Source: Dictyostelium discoideum (lineage: Eukaryota). Taken from it: a stretch of 64,000 bases of DNA. Location: NCBI GenBank assembly GCA_000004695.1, contig CM000151.3:7680001-7744000 (forward strand), in the 5' to 3' direction. The position numbers and the translations under genes are program-made. Of the stretch, positions 43,793 to 56,700 are shown in pieces. The first letter of the stretch is position 1; each line of letters begins with the position of its first letter. Under the pieces are notes generated by a model that saw only the letters and a program-made list of their open reading frames with translations, ran no database searches and was not told where the DNA came from.

Positions 43793-46700
43793 TTATTCTT
43801 CATCATCAAACTCGCTAACTTCTGTGGAATCAACAACATTATCATCTTCAAGGAAAACATCGTCAAGATTAACTGAATATGGACCAGAAGTAATTCTATC
43901 GAAACCATAGATTTCATTTATAGTATTTTTAACTTCTTCAATTGAAGGAGATGGTGGAGGAGATGGAATTTGATAAGTTCTTGAGATGATATCTTTAAAG
44001 AATTCAGAGTTTTCAGATAATACTACAAAAACAAATTTTAAGAAAAGGTTGATATCTGGATTGTTTTGGTTGAAAGAGATCTTTACATGTTTTGATTGTT
44101 GAACTGCATTGGTATCATTGGTTGGGTTACCATTTTCATCCAAGAACTCAATACCAAAGGAATCAGTGAAAACCAAATCAACATATGGACAAATATTTTT
44201 AAGGGTAATATTTTCATCAGGTGATATAGATTGACTTTGTAAAAATTTGGAAAAGTAATTAACAAAAGAATATTGTTCAGGTTTACCTGGAATAACAGTA
44301 TTATCGATTAAAATTGATTTAAATCTGTAGAGATGTTTCAAAGATTCAACAACTTTTTCAACGGCCAATAAAGATTTAAGATTATATTCTTCGGTGGCTT
44401 TATCTGAAGAACCACCATTAATCATATCGAATGAATCTTGAATTGAGTTCAAAAAGATGAATAATTCTTTGTCGATAAAGTTTGAAGGAATAAAACAGAA
44501 ACCAGATTTATTATCATGAGAGATAATGAATTGATAATGATCGGAAATGATTAAATTAATATTCTTCCATTTGAAATCAGATAAACGTTGACTGATAAAT
44601 TGAATGGATTCTTTCCATTCAACATTGGTTGAACTCTCTTCTGAAGAAGCACCTGACAATTGATCTTGAATTCTTTGGAAAATGGATACTTGTTTTTGTG
44701 GTTTTTGTTCGTCAAGATTTGAAAGTTTTGAGAAGAAGTCATCTAAATCTGATGAAATACCTGGTGAGTTTTTAGCATCTTTAAGAATGGATTTGATATT
44801 GAGTGAAGAGACTTGAGTAGTAGGGGTGGTATTTTGATCTTTTGCTAATGTATCATCGATATTTTTTGTTGACATAAAATCAATTGTAGATACAATATCT
44901 GGTTTAATAATATTAGTGGCTTCAATTGGAATAATATTATTTTGACCAAAGACAATATTGGCTTCCTTGGCATATTGTTTGGAATCACTATCGATAGTGT
45001 CTTCTTGAGATTTTTGAGTTTTAATAGTGGTGAATTTATCAAGTTCTTTCATTTCATTTTCAAAATCTTTATTTTTTGAAAATGAATTTCTTAAATCAAG
45101 TTTATCGGCAATGGTTGAATTACTTGGATCGGGGATTTCTGAATCGATGTGAATTGGTGTATCTTTATCAAGATTACTTTTTTTGAGGTTTGGAAGTCTT
45201 TCTTTTAATGAGACCAATGGATGAGGAATTGGTTTTTGAGAGAGAAGGAATGGTACATCAGTTGGTGTTTCAAAGAGTTTAGTTAAACGTTCAACGGATG
45301 ATAAAGACTTTGTGATGAATGGAGTTGTTTGAAGGGAATCAAATTGATTTCTATTGACAAGAGTCAATGGTTTTTCACGAAGATCTGAAGTAGTTGGTTG
45401 AGCTTCAGGATTGGTAAGCTTTTCCATGGTTTTATGAATACGTTCTATTTTTGTACTATTTGATTCTTGTAATGGAACACGAGCGTCTTTAACAAAATCT
45501 TCTTCACGAGAGGCGATATATTCAATCTTCTCTTGAGTGTTTGTGATGACATTATTGATTTTCCAACGTTGAAATTCGATATCTTTAAAGTTGGTCAATG
45601 GTAATTGTTTCCAAGCTTCTGCCTTGACAGAGTCTAACAATTGAACCATTGGAATTTTCAATTCACCAACCAAGGTCAAAGAACTATTAAAAGTATCACG
45701 TACTTTCTCCATAGTTTTTTGATTGATTGAGAAGAGATTCTCAACGACGACACTACTTGAACCTAGTAAATTCTCTAATTTAATGGTTTTCTCTTCCAAT
45801 GCTTTATGATTATTATCTACGATGGAGAAGATATTTTTAAAGTTATTGTTGGTCTTTGGAATTACAACATTCTTAATGTAGGTCAATGTCTTTACTGGAC
45901 TGAAATCTTTCTCCAATACAACGAAACCTTTTGCTGTTAATGTTGGTTCCATAATATTGTAGAATTCTGGATTGACAATAGCAATTGGTAATGAACTCCA
46001 TTCTTGGAATTCCAATGCTAATAAATTCTCTTTCAAATGAACGATTTGAAGCTCTGCTTCCTCTCTAAGATTGAGACTACGCATTATATCGATATCACCC
46101 TTTGCATTCTCTCCAAAGTAAAAGAAAACTCTATTCTCTTGGAATTGATCCATAAGTCTTTGATGTTCATATAAATGATGTGATGTTAATCTATCTTGGG
46201 TAACTGGGAATTGCTTAATGAATTCATCCAAATCTGTTGTTATTGATGCCTTTTTATCTGGATTCTCTGCATAATATTCTTCCCATGGATCATCATAAAT
46301 TTCTTTTGAAACTGGTTCTGGATTTTTTAATAATTCTTTTTCTGCTTTTGAAACACCAATACCTGATTTCTCTATTAATGAAAAAATTTGTCTATAAATC
46401 GAATATCTATAAAAATAATAAATAATAAAAAATAATACATATATATTATATATATATATATGTCAATATAAATTTATATAAAATTAAATTCATTATAATT
46501 CAATCAATTTGTTTTTTTAAATATTACCTTAATTCTGTAACATATTGAACTAATGAAGATTTTGAAGTTAAAATTGAATCAGGAGCATCAATAAAATTAA
46601 AATCTTGACTGATTTCAACTGTACCACCATCTTCTTCATATTCAACAATGAAATTTAATGTTGATTGAGTTGGAATTTTATCTAATTTAGTGATGACAGA

Positions 46701-47279
46701 ATCTTCATTTTCAGATACTTCAACGTATTCTTCCAATGTACGTAATAAATTGTTCAATTTGGTTAAAGATGCTTGATTGATAGCTCTAGAGGTTTCATCG
46801 TTGTGGAAAATATCTGGATGTACTTTGATAAAGAAACGATTTAAATAGGAACGTAATGATTTTTCAATTTTTTTTGATGTGTGATAGTATGGTGCTTGTT
46901 GATCATTTATTTCGATCTTTGGTGTTTCAATATGGATTTCTTCGTCAAAGATCTTTTCTTGATCTCTACCTGCTTGATTTGGTTCAAATGATTCGAATGA
47001 TTCGACTGGTTTAAATGTTTTTGATTTATTATAATATTTGAGTAATGCTTCCTCACCTTCTTGAACTGATTTAATATAACCAAGATTTATTGGTTGATCT
47101 GATTCGTTAACATTTGATGATGATGGTGTTGTTGAATATAATCTATTGGAATTAAATTTATTTAATGGTGAAAGAACATTATAATATTGAGTGTTGTTGT
47201 TGTTTGAAAATCTAACTAATAATGTCTTTTTTTCAACTTTACCAAATAGTCTACGAATTTGACTCATTTTCTTATTCAC
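43793..47279 (-). CDS. Large (about 1121 aa) predicted mitochondrial-targeted protein of unknown function. Two exons about 46528..47279 and 43793..46406.
   Basis: Exon 1 is MNKKMSQIRRLFGKVEKKTLLVRFSNNNNTQYY...RLYSTTPSSS (presequence-like) ...KVHPDIFHNDETSRAINQASL...SLVQYVTELR with a GTAATA donor. Exon 2 begins YSIYRQIFSLIEKSGIGVSKAEKELLKNPEPVSKEIYDDPWEEYY... and runs directly into the 812-aa track ORF. The track ORF starts on TTG and the real ORF continues upstream. The acidic C-terminus is ...SEFDDEE. Confidence 0.55.
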
Positions 47280-47344
47280 ACAAACATATATATATTCTCA
47301 AACAATATATATGACCTGTGAATTTGTAGAAAATAATATTAATA

Positions 47345-47385
<41 letters not shown>

Positions 47386-47569
47386 AAAAATTTTTCGTTT
47401 TTGTGGAAAAAAAAAAAAAAAAAAAAAATGAAAAATAAAAAATTAAATAAAAAAAAAAAAATAAAAAAACAATCAAAAAATAAATTCGAATTTCAGTTTT
47501 CACTGTTTCATTTTTATTTTTATTTTTATTTTTTTTATTTTTAGTTTTATTTTTTAGTTTTTATTAACT

Positions 47570-48144
47570 TTACATTAAATTACAAGATGATGATGATGAT
47601 GATGAAGTTGATGATAATTTCGAATTTATTGATTTTTCAATTAATTTAATTTGATTTTGTGGCATTTTTGAAGAGAATTCTAATGTTCCAGCCAATGAAT
47701 ATAATTGTTGAAGTGCAGAGGGCTGATAAGTTGCTTTATTATTTAAATCGGGTATTAAATCATTTTGAAGTAGTGCTATTGCAATTGGTTTCATTGGATC
47801 ACGTTTACGAATCTCTGTGAAATAATTTGTAAAGTTATTATATGAATTACTTGAACCTTGTAGAGTGAAACACACAATAAACAAATCTGTAGTATCAAAA
47901 TCCGATTGTGATAATGATGTTGATTTCTCTTTAAATCTAAGTTTACTATTATATGATTTACCTACATAGTTTAAATTATTTACAAATGTAGTTTTACCAA
48001 TTCCTGAATCACCAATTATATAAATTATTTTCTCTTTATTTGTCACTTTATTCTTTTTTATTGTTTCTAAATTTGTTTCATTAATGATTCTACTTTCAAA
48101 ATCAAATAATTTCATTGAATTCATTGATGAAGTTATTGTTAATG

Positions 48145-48176
<32 letters not shown>

Positions 48177-50093
48177 GTTGATTTACCATCAGTTATATTT
48201 GATTCTACAATTTCTGCTCTTCTTTGACCACCAACTCTAAAATTTTCAAAATAACCAGTATTTGAATTATAAACAAATTTTGGATCAACTTGAAGATTTG
48301 GATTAATTTTATACCATGGCTCATTTACTTTAATATATGATGGTACACCATATTGTTTAAAAATGACATTATTCTTTGGAGTGGTTGAAGTTGTAGTAGT
48401 GGTCGTAGTAGTGGTAGTAGTTGTTGTTGTAGTTGTTTTTGAAGAATCATTATCATTATCATTTTCATTTCCTTTAATTACAGTAAAATTATCTTTATTT
48501 AAATCATCTAAAATTTCATTCATTTCTTCACAAATATCACCTTGATCTTTAATTTCATTTTGATATTTATCAAATTGTTCTTTTGAACTTTCACGATAAC
48601 AAATTGCTAAAAACATTTGAGTGATTAATTCAAACTTTTTAAAATTAATACATACACCACCTGATCTTTCAGCCAAATCTGAATAGAATATACTTGTACC
48701 CAATGCTCTAACACCATAGATTTTAATACCTCTATCAAAGAGATCATCGCATTCTTTGAACCAATTTATATTTAAATTTGTGTAGGTTGGTTCATGTGGA
48801 TTTGAATCACCAATCATTACGAATGCTTTTGAAGTATGTTCAGACCAACTTAGCTCCTTTGCACGGTAAAGCGCATATTCATATGCTTCAGGTTCATCAC
48901 CACCAGATGTATTTGGCACCATATTGATGAATGATACGATCTCGTCAATGTTGGATGAAAGATCCAATACTTTTAAAACGTTTACACCATCACAATAATC
49001 ACCCATACCCATAATACCAATTTTAATATTTGGAATATCTTTCATTAATCTATTTACAGTTTGAACGATTTGAGTACGAACTGATTTAATAATGGTTGCC
49101 ATTGACCCGGTTGTATCAAAACAAAATACAATCTCAACATCTGCTGACATTGACGATTGAACGAAATTCTTTAATAAATAATCATCTTCCATCTTCTCTT
49201 GTTCTTTTTGAATTCTTTCTCTTTCATTTCTTTCTTCAATTTCTTTTTCAATTTCATATTGTGATGGTTTTGATGATCCTGATCCTGTTCCTGATCCTGA
49301 TGATTTACCATTATATCTATTTCTATATGATTCACTATCACTATCACTATCACTTGATGTATCACTTTCATAACCTTTAGTTTTACTATAATTATTATTA
49401 TTATTTTTATTATTATATTTATATTTTGATAGTGGTTCTTTTTTATTTAATGTTGATCCTGTTGTTGTTGTTGTTGTCGTTGTTGTAGGTAGTGGTGTTC
49501 CAATTTTCATATCAATAGTATCATAACAATTAATATTCTCTTGTAAACTCATACTCTCTGTATATTTAGTATCTGTACCAGTTTTATATAAACTAACAGA
49601 GTTTAAATATGAACGTAATAATGGTATTTGAGTTTGTAATGATGTTCTAATATGACTATTTAATTTTAATTTTAATTTTAATTTTAATTTTAATTTTAAT
49701 TTTTTTTTTAAAAATGTTAATATTAATGATAATTGATCTGATAAAATAACTATATATATATACATATATATTAAAAACTTACGATACTAAATGTGAAACT
49801 TTTAAACCTGCATTATTTGGAATTTCAACTGGATAATCTTTATCTAAATATTTAATAGTTAATTTAATCTCTTTAATTAAGATCATATGAATTGTTGACT
49901 CTTTTTTAATACCACATGCTCCAATTGCTTTTGATAAGATATTTGATAAAACATCACCAGCAAAGTGTAATTGAAATTGATAGCTTTTATTTTTTGTTCT
50001 CTCTGCAACCTTGTTATATAATACTGACAAGGTATCTGAAATTTCAATATCCAATGAAAATGTTATAGTTGGTGTTTTAATTAAAACTAACAT
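47570..50093 (-). CDS. Multidomain protein with an N-terminal ubiquitin-like domain, a vWA (MIDAS) domain and a C-terminal divergent Ras-like small GTPase ending in CaaX box CNLM. Two exons about 49783..50093 and 47570..49655, about 798 aa.
   Basis: Exon 1 is MLVLIKTPTITFSLDIEISDTLSVLYNKVAERTKNKSYQFQLHFAGDVL...ESTIHMILIKE... (beta-grasp) with a GTAAGT donor. Intron 1 (about 127 bp) contains (TTAAAA)n, and the acceptor AATAG gives S|HIRTSLQ... The vWA domain has VEIVFCFDTTGSMATIIKSVRTQIV...IGIMGMGDYCDG...GGDEPEAYEYAL (D-x-T-x-S MIDAS). The GTPase P-loop is IIYIIGDSGIGKTTFVNNL, with a QNDL (NKxD-like) motif and the C-terminal ...SSSSSSSCNLM*. The phases are consistent, and the total is 2397 nt. 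Confidence 0.65.
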
Positions 50094-50573
50094 TTTTTTT
50101 TCTTCTTCTTTTTTCCAATCAATTGATATTATTTAGAAAAAAAAAAAAAAAATGAAACAAAAAAAAAAAAAAAAAAATTGTGGTGAGAAAAAATTGAAAA
50201 AAGGGTTTCAGTTATTTTTAGGAATTTTGTAAAATAATTCTTTGAATTATTTTAAAATAAAAAAAATAAACTAATTTAATTAAAAAAAAAAAAAATTAAA
50301 AATTTAGAATATCTTATACTAAAAAAAAGGTTTAAATAAATCTAGTTAAAAAAAATAGATTATTAAATTTTTTGTTTTTTTTTAGTATTTGAGCATTTTT
50401 GTTTTGATTAACAGGTGGTCTTATGCAATGGATAAATAATTAAATTCTTAAAATTAACTTTTTGGTTAGAAAAAAAAAAAAAAAAATTAATGTTTTTTTT
50501 TAAAAAATAGATTTTTAAAAAAAATTAATAATCGAGTTTTTGTTTATTTTTTGTGCTTCGTAAATTATTTTAG

Positions 50574-51265
50574 AATATGGGAAATTGGTTAAAGGAGTAT
50601 TATAAAGATATACACCACTAACTGATTTTGGTATTTCACTTATTGCTTGATTAAATCCTTCTAATAAATATAAACATTCAACACTATTTGGTATTGAACC
50701 TTTTAATAAAGGTTTTTAATTGCACCAACAAATAGATGTAAAATTGATTGTGGTAGCATGCCTTCTGTTGGTTTAACATTGGATCCATCAAGTAATATCA
50801 CGAGATAGAGAATTATCAATTTCAAATATTTCTTTAATTAAATCTTTAACTTGTTCCTATTATTTACAATATTTACATTTTTATATTGATTCATCAATTC
50901 TTTGATTTTATTTTCATTTTGATTATCTTTTATTAATAGTCTTAATTGATAACAATGTTTAATATTTCATTATGTTGATCACTATTATTATTAATGATTT
51001 GGTCGATATCTATTTGATTTATTGTATGTTTATATTTATTTGAAATTAAATCAATATTATTTAAATTATCATGTATAATGGTTGAAATGTTTGTATTGAT
51101 ATCTTTATGTTCATCATAGAGTTTTACTAATTGTTTGATTTTATCAATTTCTATGATTGGTAATAATTTGATGAGTTCTTTAAATTCTTCTGTGAATGAA
51201 TTCACATTTTCAGTGTGTTTATCTTTTGTTGATTTAATAATTACCTCACATTTGGTACAAATCAT
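50574..51265 (-). pseudogene. Disrupted FNIP-repeat-family gene or fragment cluster.
   Basis: The track ORF 50942..51265 (MICTKCEVIIKS...) is followed downstream by three consecutive FNIP-like segments, each in a different frame and separated by stops: EQVKDLIKEIFEIDNSLSRDIT*, LDGSNVKPTEGMLPQSILHLFVGAIKNLY* and GSIPNSVECLYLLEGFNQAISEIPKSVSGVYLYNTPLTNFPYSKIIYEAQ...*. No consistent GT-AG model joins them. Confidence 0.35.
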
Positions 51266-51361
51266 TTTAATATCTTGCTCTTTATGTATCGAACATTGTT
51301 ATCATTTTTATTTATATTTTTTTTTATTTAGTTTTTTAGATTTTAATTATTACCAAAAGAG

Positions 51362-51404
<43 letters not shown>

Positions 51405-51825
51405 TGTGATTGTCAATAAAAATAAAAAAACCTAAAAAGAAAAAATAAATCTAATCTTAAATTTTATGTTTAAACAAATTAATTAAGCCAAAATAATTTT
51501 TTTTTTTTTTTTTTTTTTAAATTTATTTTAGCCTAATTAATTTCTGTAAATATAAAATTTAAGATTATAAAATTGTAATCAAATAATATTTTTTTTTATG
51601 TGGTGGTTGGAAAGAGGGGTGTTTGTTTCTAATAAAAAAAAATAAAATAAAATAAAAAATGGTGACGTGTTGCGAAAATGACATATAATGGAATTAATGA
51701 TGTTTTGTTAATATCAATTTTCCCTTTACCAAATTAATAAATAGATTTTTTTTTTAGTTTTTATTTTTTTCCTCTATCAGTAATTTTTATTTTTTTATTT
51801 TATTTTATTTTTTTTTTAATTTAAT

Positions 51826-52209
51826 TTATAAATCTGTGATATGTTTATATTTAATTTTATCATTTTCTTTTCTTTCAGCGATTTCTTTTGGTGTAACAAT
51901 ATATTGTGGGTTTTGTCTAAGGAATTCAGTGATTGGATTCTTTTTAACAATTTTTTCGACTACGTGTGCTTTTCTCTTTGAAACTGGTGCACATTCTCTA
52001 AAGTGAACTTGATCACCAACTGCACAAATATCATTTGGATCGTGAATCATATATTTGGTAGTTTTATAATTTAAAGCTGAATATTTTCCTTTATCAAAAT
52101 ATAATCTCTTTACTTGACACATTGCTGTTTTAGTATGTGTCTTTGAAATACAAACACCTGAAATAAACTTTTGATGTTTATGAACAATTTCAAAAATTTT
52201 TGAGATCAT
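51826..52209 (-). CDS. mrps17: Mitochondrial ribosomal protein S17 (uS17m), 127 aa.
   Basis: The uS17 signature is ...GVCISKTHTKTAMCQVKRLYFDKGKYSALNYKTTKYMIHDPNDICAVGDQVHFRECAPVSKRKAHVV. Confidence 0.75.
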   Translation of the reverse strand: MISKIFEIVHKHQKFISGVCISKTHTKTAMCQVKRLYFDKGKYSALNYKTTKYMIHDPNDICAVGDQVHFRECAPVSKRKAHVVEKIVKKNPITEFLRQNPQYIVTPKEIAERKENDKIKYKHITDL

Positions 52210-52528
52210 TTTTTTTATATATTTGATTTTTCTTTTATCTTCTTTTTTTTTTTTTTCTTTTCTTCTTTATTTAATATATTTTTTTGACAAATAATCTGAT
52301 TGAAAATTTTGTGTGTGAAAACGCTGTTAATGAAAAACAAAAAAAAAAATAAAAAATAAAAATAAAAAAAAAAGAAAAATAAAAAAAAAAATGGAAAAAA
52401 AAAAAAAAAAAAAAAAACGAATAAAAAAATGAAAAATAAAAAAAAAAAAATAAAAAATTTTCAATAATAGTTTGTTTTAAAAAATCCCCTTTTATAATTA
52501 ATTAATTCATTCATTCATTCTTATAAAA

Positions 52529-53206
52529 ATGGATAATAACAATATATTTCCAAATAAAGATAAATTTATAAATGAAAATGAAATTGAAAATCAAGAAAAT
52601 GAAAATGAAAATCTTGATAAATTTAATGAATTTAAAAATAAATTATTATTTTTTTCAAATTTAAAATCAAAAGAAAAAGAATATAATAAGATAAAGAGTA
52701 ATGTATTAACCAATTGGGAGAATATGAAAAGTGAAGATATCATATTAAATGATTTATATAATGAAAGGAATCAATTAATATTAGAATATAAAAGATATGA
52801 ATCAATTTTAAAGGATGTTCAAAATGATATATTTAGAATTGAATCGATAATAGTTGAATCTAAACAACAAAGAGAACAATTTAAAAAACAAGTTTCAATG
52901 CAAACTGATATTGAATTAGTCCCATTAAAAGATGAAATCGATTCAATGAGAATTCAAATTCAATTACCACAATTACCACCAATTGATTCAGAAAAAGATA
53001 AGTTAACTTCAAATTATTTAACAAATCGTTTAAATGAAGAAAGAATTAAACAACAACAACAACAACAAAATAAATTAAATCAATCTTCAAATAATAATAA
53101 TAATAATTTTATTGATAATAACAGTAATAATAGTGGTAGTGGGGGTATAGATTACCCTAATAGTGGTTCTAAAAGAGGAAGAAAAAAGAGAATAAGTTTA
53201 TCTTAA
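52529..53206 (+). CDS. Hypothetical N/Q-rich coiled-coil protein of 225 aa with a basic C-terminal NLS-like tail (KRGRKKR).
   Basis: Single ORF with AT-biased codon usage typical of the surrounding genes. No recognisable domain. Confidence 0.4.
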   Translation: MDNNNIFPNKDKFINENEIENQENENENLDKFNEFKNKLLFFSNLKSKEKEYNKIKSNVLTNWENMKSEDIILNDLYNERNQLILEYKRYESILKDVQNDIFRIESIIVESKQQREQFKKQVSMQTDIELVPLKDEIDSMRIQIQLPQLPPIDSEKDKLTSNYLTNRLNEERIKQQQQQQNKLNQSSNNNNNNFIDNNSNNSGSGGIDYPNSGSKRGRKKRISLS

Positions 53207-53299
53207 GATAATGTCAAACAAAATGTAAAAATAAAATAAAAAATTTCATTTTCATGGAAAATTGTGTAAATAGGAAAAATTCATGCCGTTTTCGCATTT

Positions 53300-53331
<32 letters not shown>

Positions 53332-53652
53332 CATTTTTTTACTTTTTTTTTTTTTTTTATTTTTCATTTTTTTTTATTTTTTGCGAGTTATCAAATTCAC
53401 ACTAATAAAGATAATTATTGTTTTGAAAAAAAAAAAAAAAAAAACTTTGTTACTTTATTTTTTATTAAAATCTAACATAATAGTCTTTGAAGGGTTCAAT
53501 AACTAAAATATTAGAATAATAATAAAAAAGTGTTTTTGATTTTCGATCATTCCCTCCAAAAATAACCCCCTAAAAAAAAACAAATAAAAAAAAAAAATAT
53601 AAAAAAAAAAAAATATAAAAAAAAAAAATAAATATATAAAAATTCATTGGAA

Positions 53653-53698
53653 ATGATAGAACTTTTAAAAGAAGATGACGCTCCAAAGAAAATGTAAG

Positions 53699-53734
<36 letters not shown>

Positions 53735-56700
53735 TAAATTTTTTTAAAATATTAACACTATTTATTTATATATACATATGAATTAAAGTGGTCATATTCA
53801 ATTTGGTTTATTATCAGAAGATGATATAGTTAGATTATCACATGTTCAAATTGTTAATAGAGAATTATTTGATTTAGTAAAGAGAAAACCAACACCATAT
53901 GGTGTATTAGATAATAAATTGGGTACAAGCGATAAACAAGCAATGTGTACAACATGTGGATTAAGTATTGTCGATTGTGTTGGTCATTTTGGATATATTA
54001 AATTACAATTACCAGTTTTTCATATTGGATATTTAAAGAATATTATGAACATTTTACAAATGATTTGCAAGAGTTGTTCAACCATTCTATTGAATGAAGA
54101 GAAGAAACAATATTATCTAAGAAAGATGAGAAATAAAAAGATGGATAATCTACAAAGGAAGTCATTATTGAAAAAGATATTTTTAGAGTGTAGAAAAACC
54201 AAAGAATGTTTGAAATGCGGTTCAACCAATGGTATGATTAAAAAGAGTGGTGCATTCAAGATCATTCATGAAAAGTATAAAGGAAAGACAGAGTCATTGC
54301 AAGACTATTACGCATTGTATGATGACGCCATTAAATACAATCCAGAGATGAAATCACATATAAAGAAAGCACAAGACGATTTGAACCCATTGGTGGCCTT
54401 GAACTTGTTTAAAAAGATCTCTTATCAAGATATTGAAATTATGAATATGGATCCAGTGATTGGTAGACCTGAAAGATTGATCCTAACCTATATGTTGGTG
54501 CCACCGGTATCAATTCGTCCATCGGTACCAATGGATGGTGGTAGTGGCACCAATGAGGATGATTTGACAATGAAACTATCAGAGATATTGCATATCAATG
54601 AACATATTAGATCCAATGTGGATAGAGCAGAGATGTCTGCAATTATGGAGGATTGGGATTATTTACAAGCATCATGTGCAATCTATATCAATTCAGATGT
54701 TCCAGGTTTACCATTACAAATGAAACCAACCAAAGCAGTACGTGGTTTATCACAACGTCTCAAGGGTAAGACAGGCAGATTTCGTGGTAATCTATCGGGT
54801 AAACGTGTTGATTTCTCTGGTCGTACTGTAATTTCACCCGATCCAAATTTAAATATCGATGAGGTTGCAGTACCACAATTGATTGCATTGACAATGACTT
54901 ATCCTGAACGTGTAACCGATTATAATATTGAACGTCTTCAAAAGTATGTTATCAATGGTCCAGATCGTCATCCAGGTGCAAACTATATCATCTATGCCGA
55001 TGGTGTAAAGAAATGGTTGAAATTTGGTAATCGTGAAAAGTTTGCAGCAGAATTGAAAATTGGTGATATCGTGGAACGTCATATTATCGATGGTGATATC
55101 ATGTTGTTCAATCGTCAACCTTCACTTCATAAACTTTCGATTATGTCTCACAAAGCAAGAGTTATGCCATGGAGAACACTTCGTTTCAATGAATGCGTTT
55201 GTACACCTTACAATGCAGATTTCGATGGTGATGAAATGAATATTCATTTACCACAAACAGAGGAAGCCAGAGCAGAGGCAACCATTCTCATGGGTGTCAC
55301 TAACAATTTGATCACTCCAAGAAATGGTGAACCATTGGTTGCAGCAACTCAAGATTTTCTTACTGCTTCCTATTTGATTTCACGTCGTGATGCTTTCTAT
55401 GAAAGATACCGTTTCGCTCTAATGTGTACTCACTTTGCAGATGCAAATGAACATATCGATTTACCACCACCTGCCATTTTGAAACCAGTTGAACTTTGGA
55501 CAGGTAAACAAATTTTCGAAGTACTCTTACGTCCATCGGTCAAATCACATGTTTTATGCAATTTTGAAACTCGTTCACGTACCTATTCAAAGAATCTCTA
55601 TATGTGTCCAAAGGATGGTTATGTTTATTTTAGAAATTCCGAATTAATGTGTGGTTCAATCGATAAATCAATCATTGGTGGTGGTAATAAGAATTCATTG
55701 TTTCATATTCTCATGAGAGATTTCTCACCAACCATAGCTGCCAATTGTATGACACGTTTAGCAAAACTTTGTGCTCGTTTCCTTGGTGATCAAGGTTTTT
55801 CAATTGGTATACCCGATATTAAACCAGCCGAAGATTTAGATAGAAAGAAACGTGAAATCATTGAAACTGCCTACAAGAAATGTGCAGTATTCTTAAAGGA
55901 TTATGAAAGTGGTAGTTTACAATTAAGTAGTGGTTGCTCGATGGAACAAACATTTGAGGCGAAAATGAATCAAACTCTATCACAAATTCGTGATGATTGT
56001 GGTAAGCTTTGTGTTAATGATTTACCAAATTACAATTCACCATTGATTATGGGTCTATGTGGTTCAAAAGGTTCAAACATTAATATTGCTCAAATGATCT
56101 GTTGTGTAGGTCAACAGATTGTCAATGGTACTCGTATTCCAAATGGTTTCACCAATAGAACTACACCACATTTCAAACATTTTGCAAAGAATCCAAAATC
56201 AAAAGGTTTCGTTTCAAATAGTTTCTATACTGGTATGATTCCAACAGAATTCTTTTTTCACACTATGGGTGGTAGAGAGGGTTTGGTAGATACTGCTGTA
56301 AAAACTGCTGAAACTGGTTATATGCAACGTCGTCTAATGAAAGCTTTAGAGGATCTTTCAACTCATTATGATTATACTGTACGTGATTCAATTGGTGGTA
56401 TTGTTCAATTCATTTATGGTGATGATGGTTTAGATCCAGCAGGTATGGAAGCAAAAGATAGACCTGTAGATTTCCTCCGTGCAATGATGAGTGTTAAATC
56501 AACTCGTCAATGTAGAAATGAACCAGAAATGAAACCATTTGAAATTCGTAAACTCGTTGAATCCATTATTGACAGCTCTAAATTTGAAGCTTGTACAGAT
56601 TTATTCAAAAATGAAATTAGAGTTTTCTTTAATGGTAATGAAAAAACAAAAGGTTATATTCAAGAATTAATTAGTTTACGTAAACAATTTAAATTATCAT

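Noticed and set aside
46237-46425. Plus-strand 62-aa ORF.
   Set aside because: It lies antisense to exon 2 and the intron of the mitochondrial-protein gene, in AT-rich low-complexity sequence.
48363-49380. Plus-strand ORFs (poly-V, poly-H/Y) and the minus ORF 49171..49371.
   Set aside because: They are frames of the (ACT)n/(GAT)n tracts that encode poly-T/poly-S/acidic runs in the vWA-GTPase gene.
53254-53475. 73-aa poly-F ORF.
   Set aside because: It is a poly-T tract in the rpc1 5' flank.
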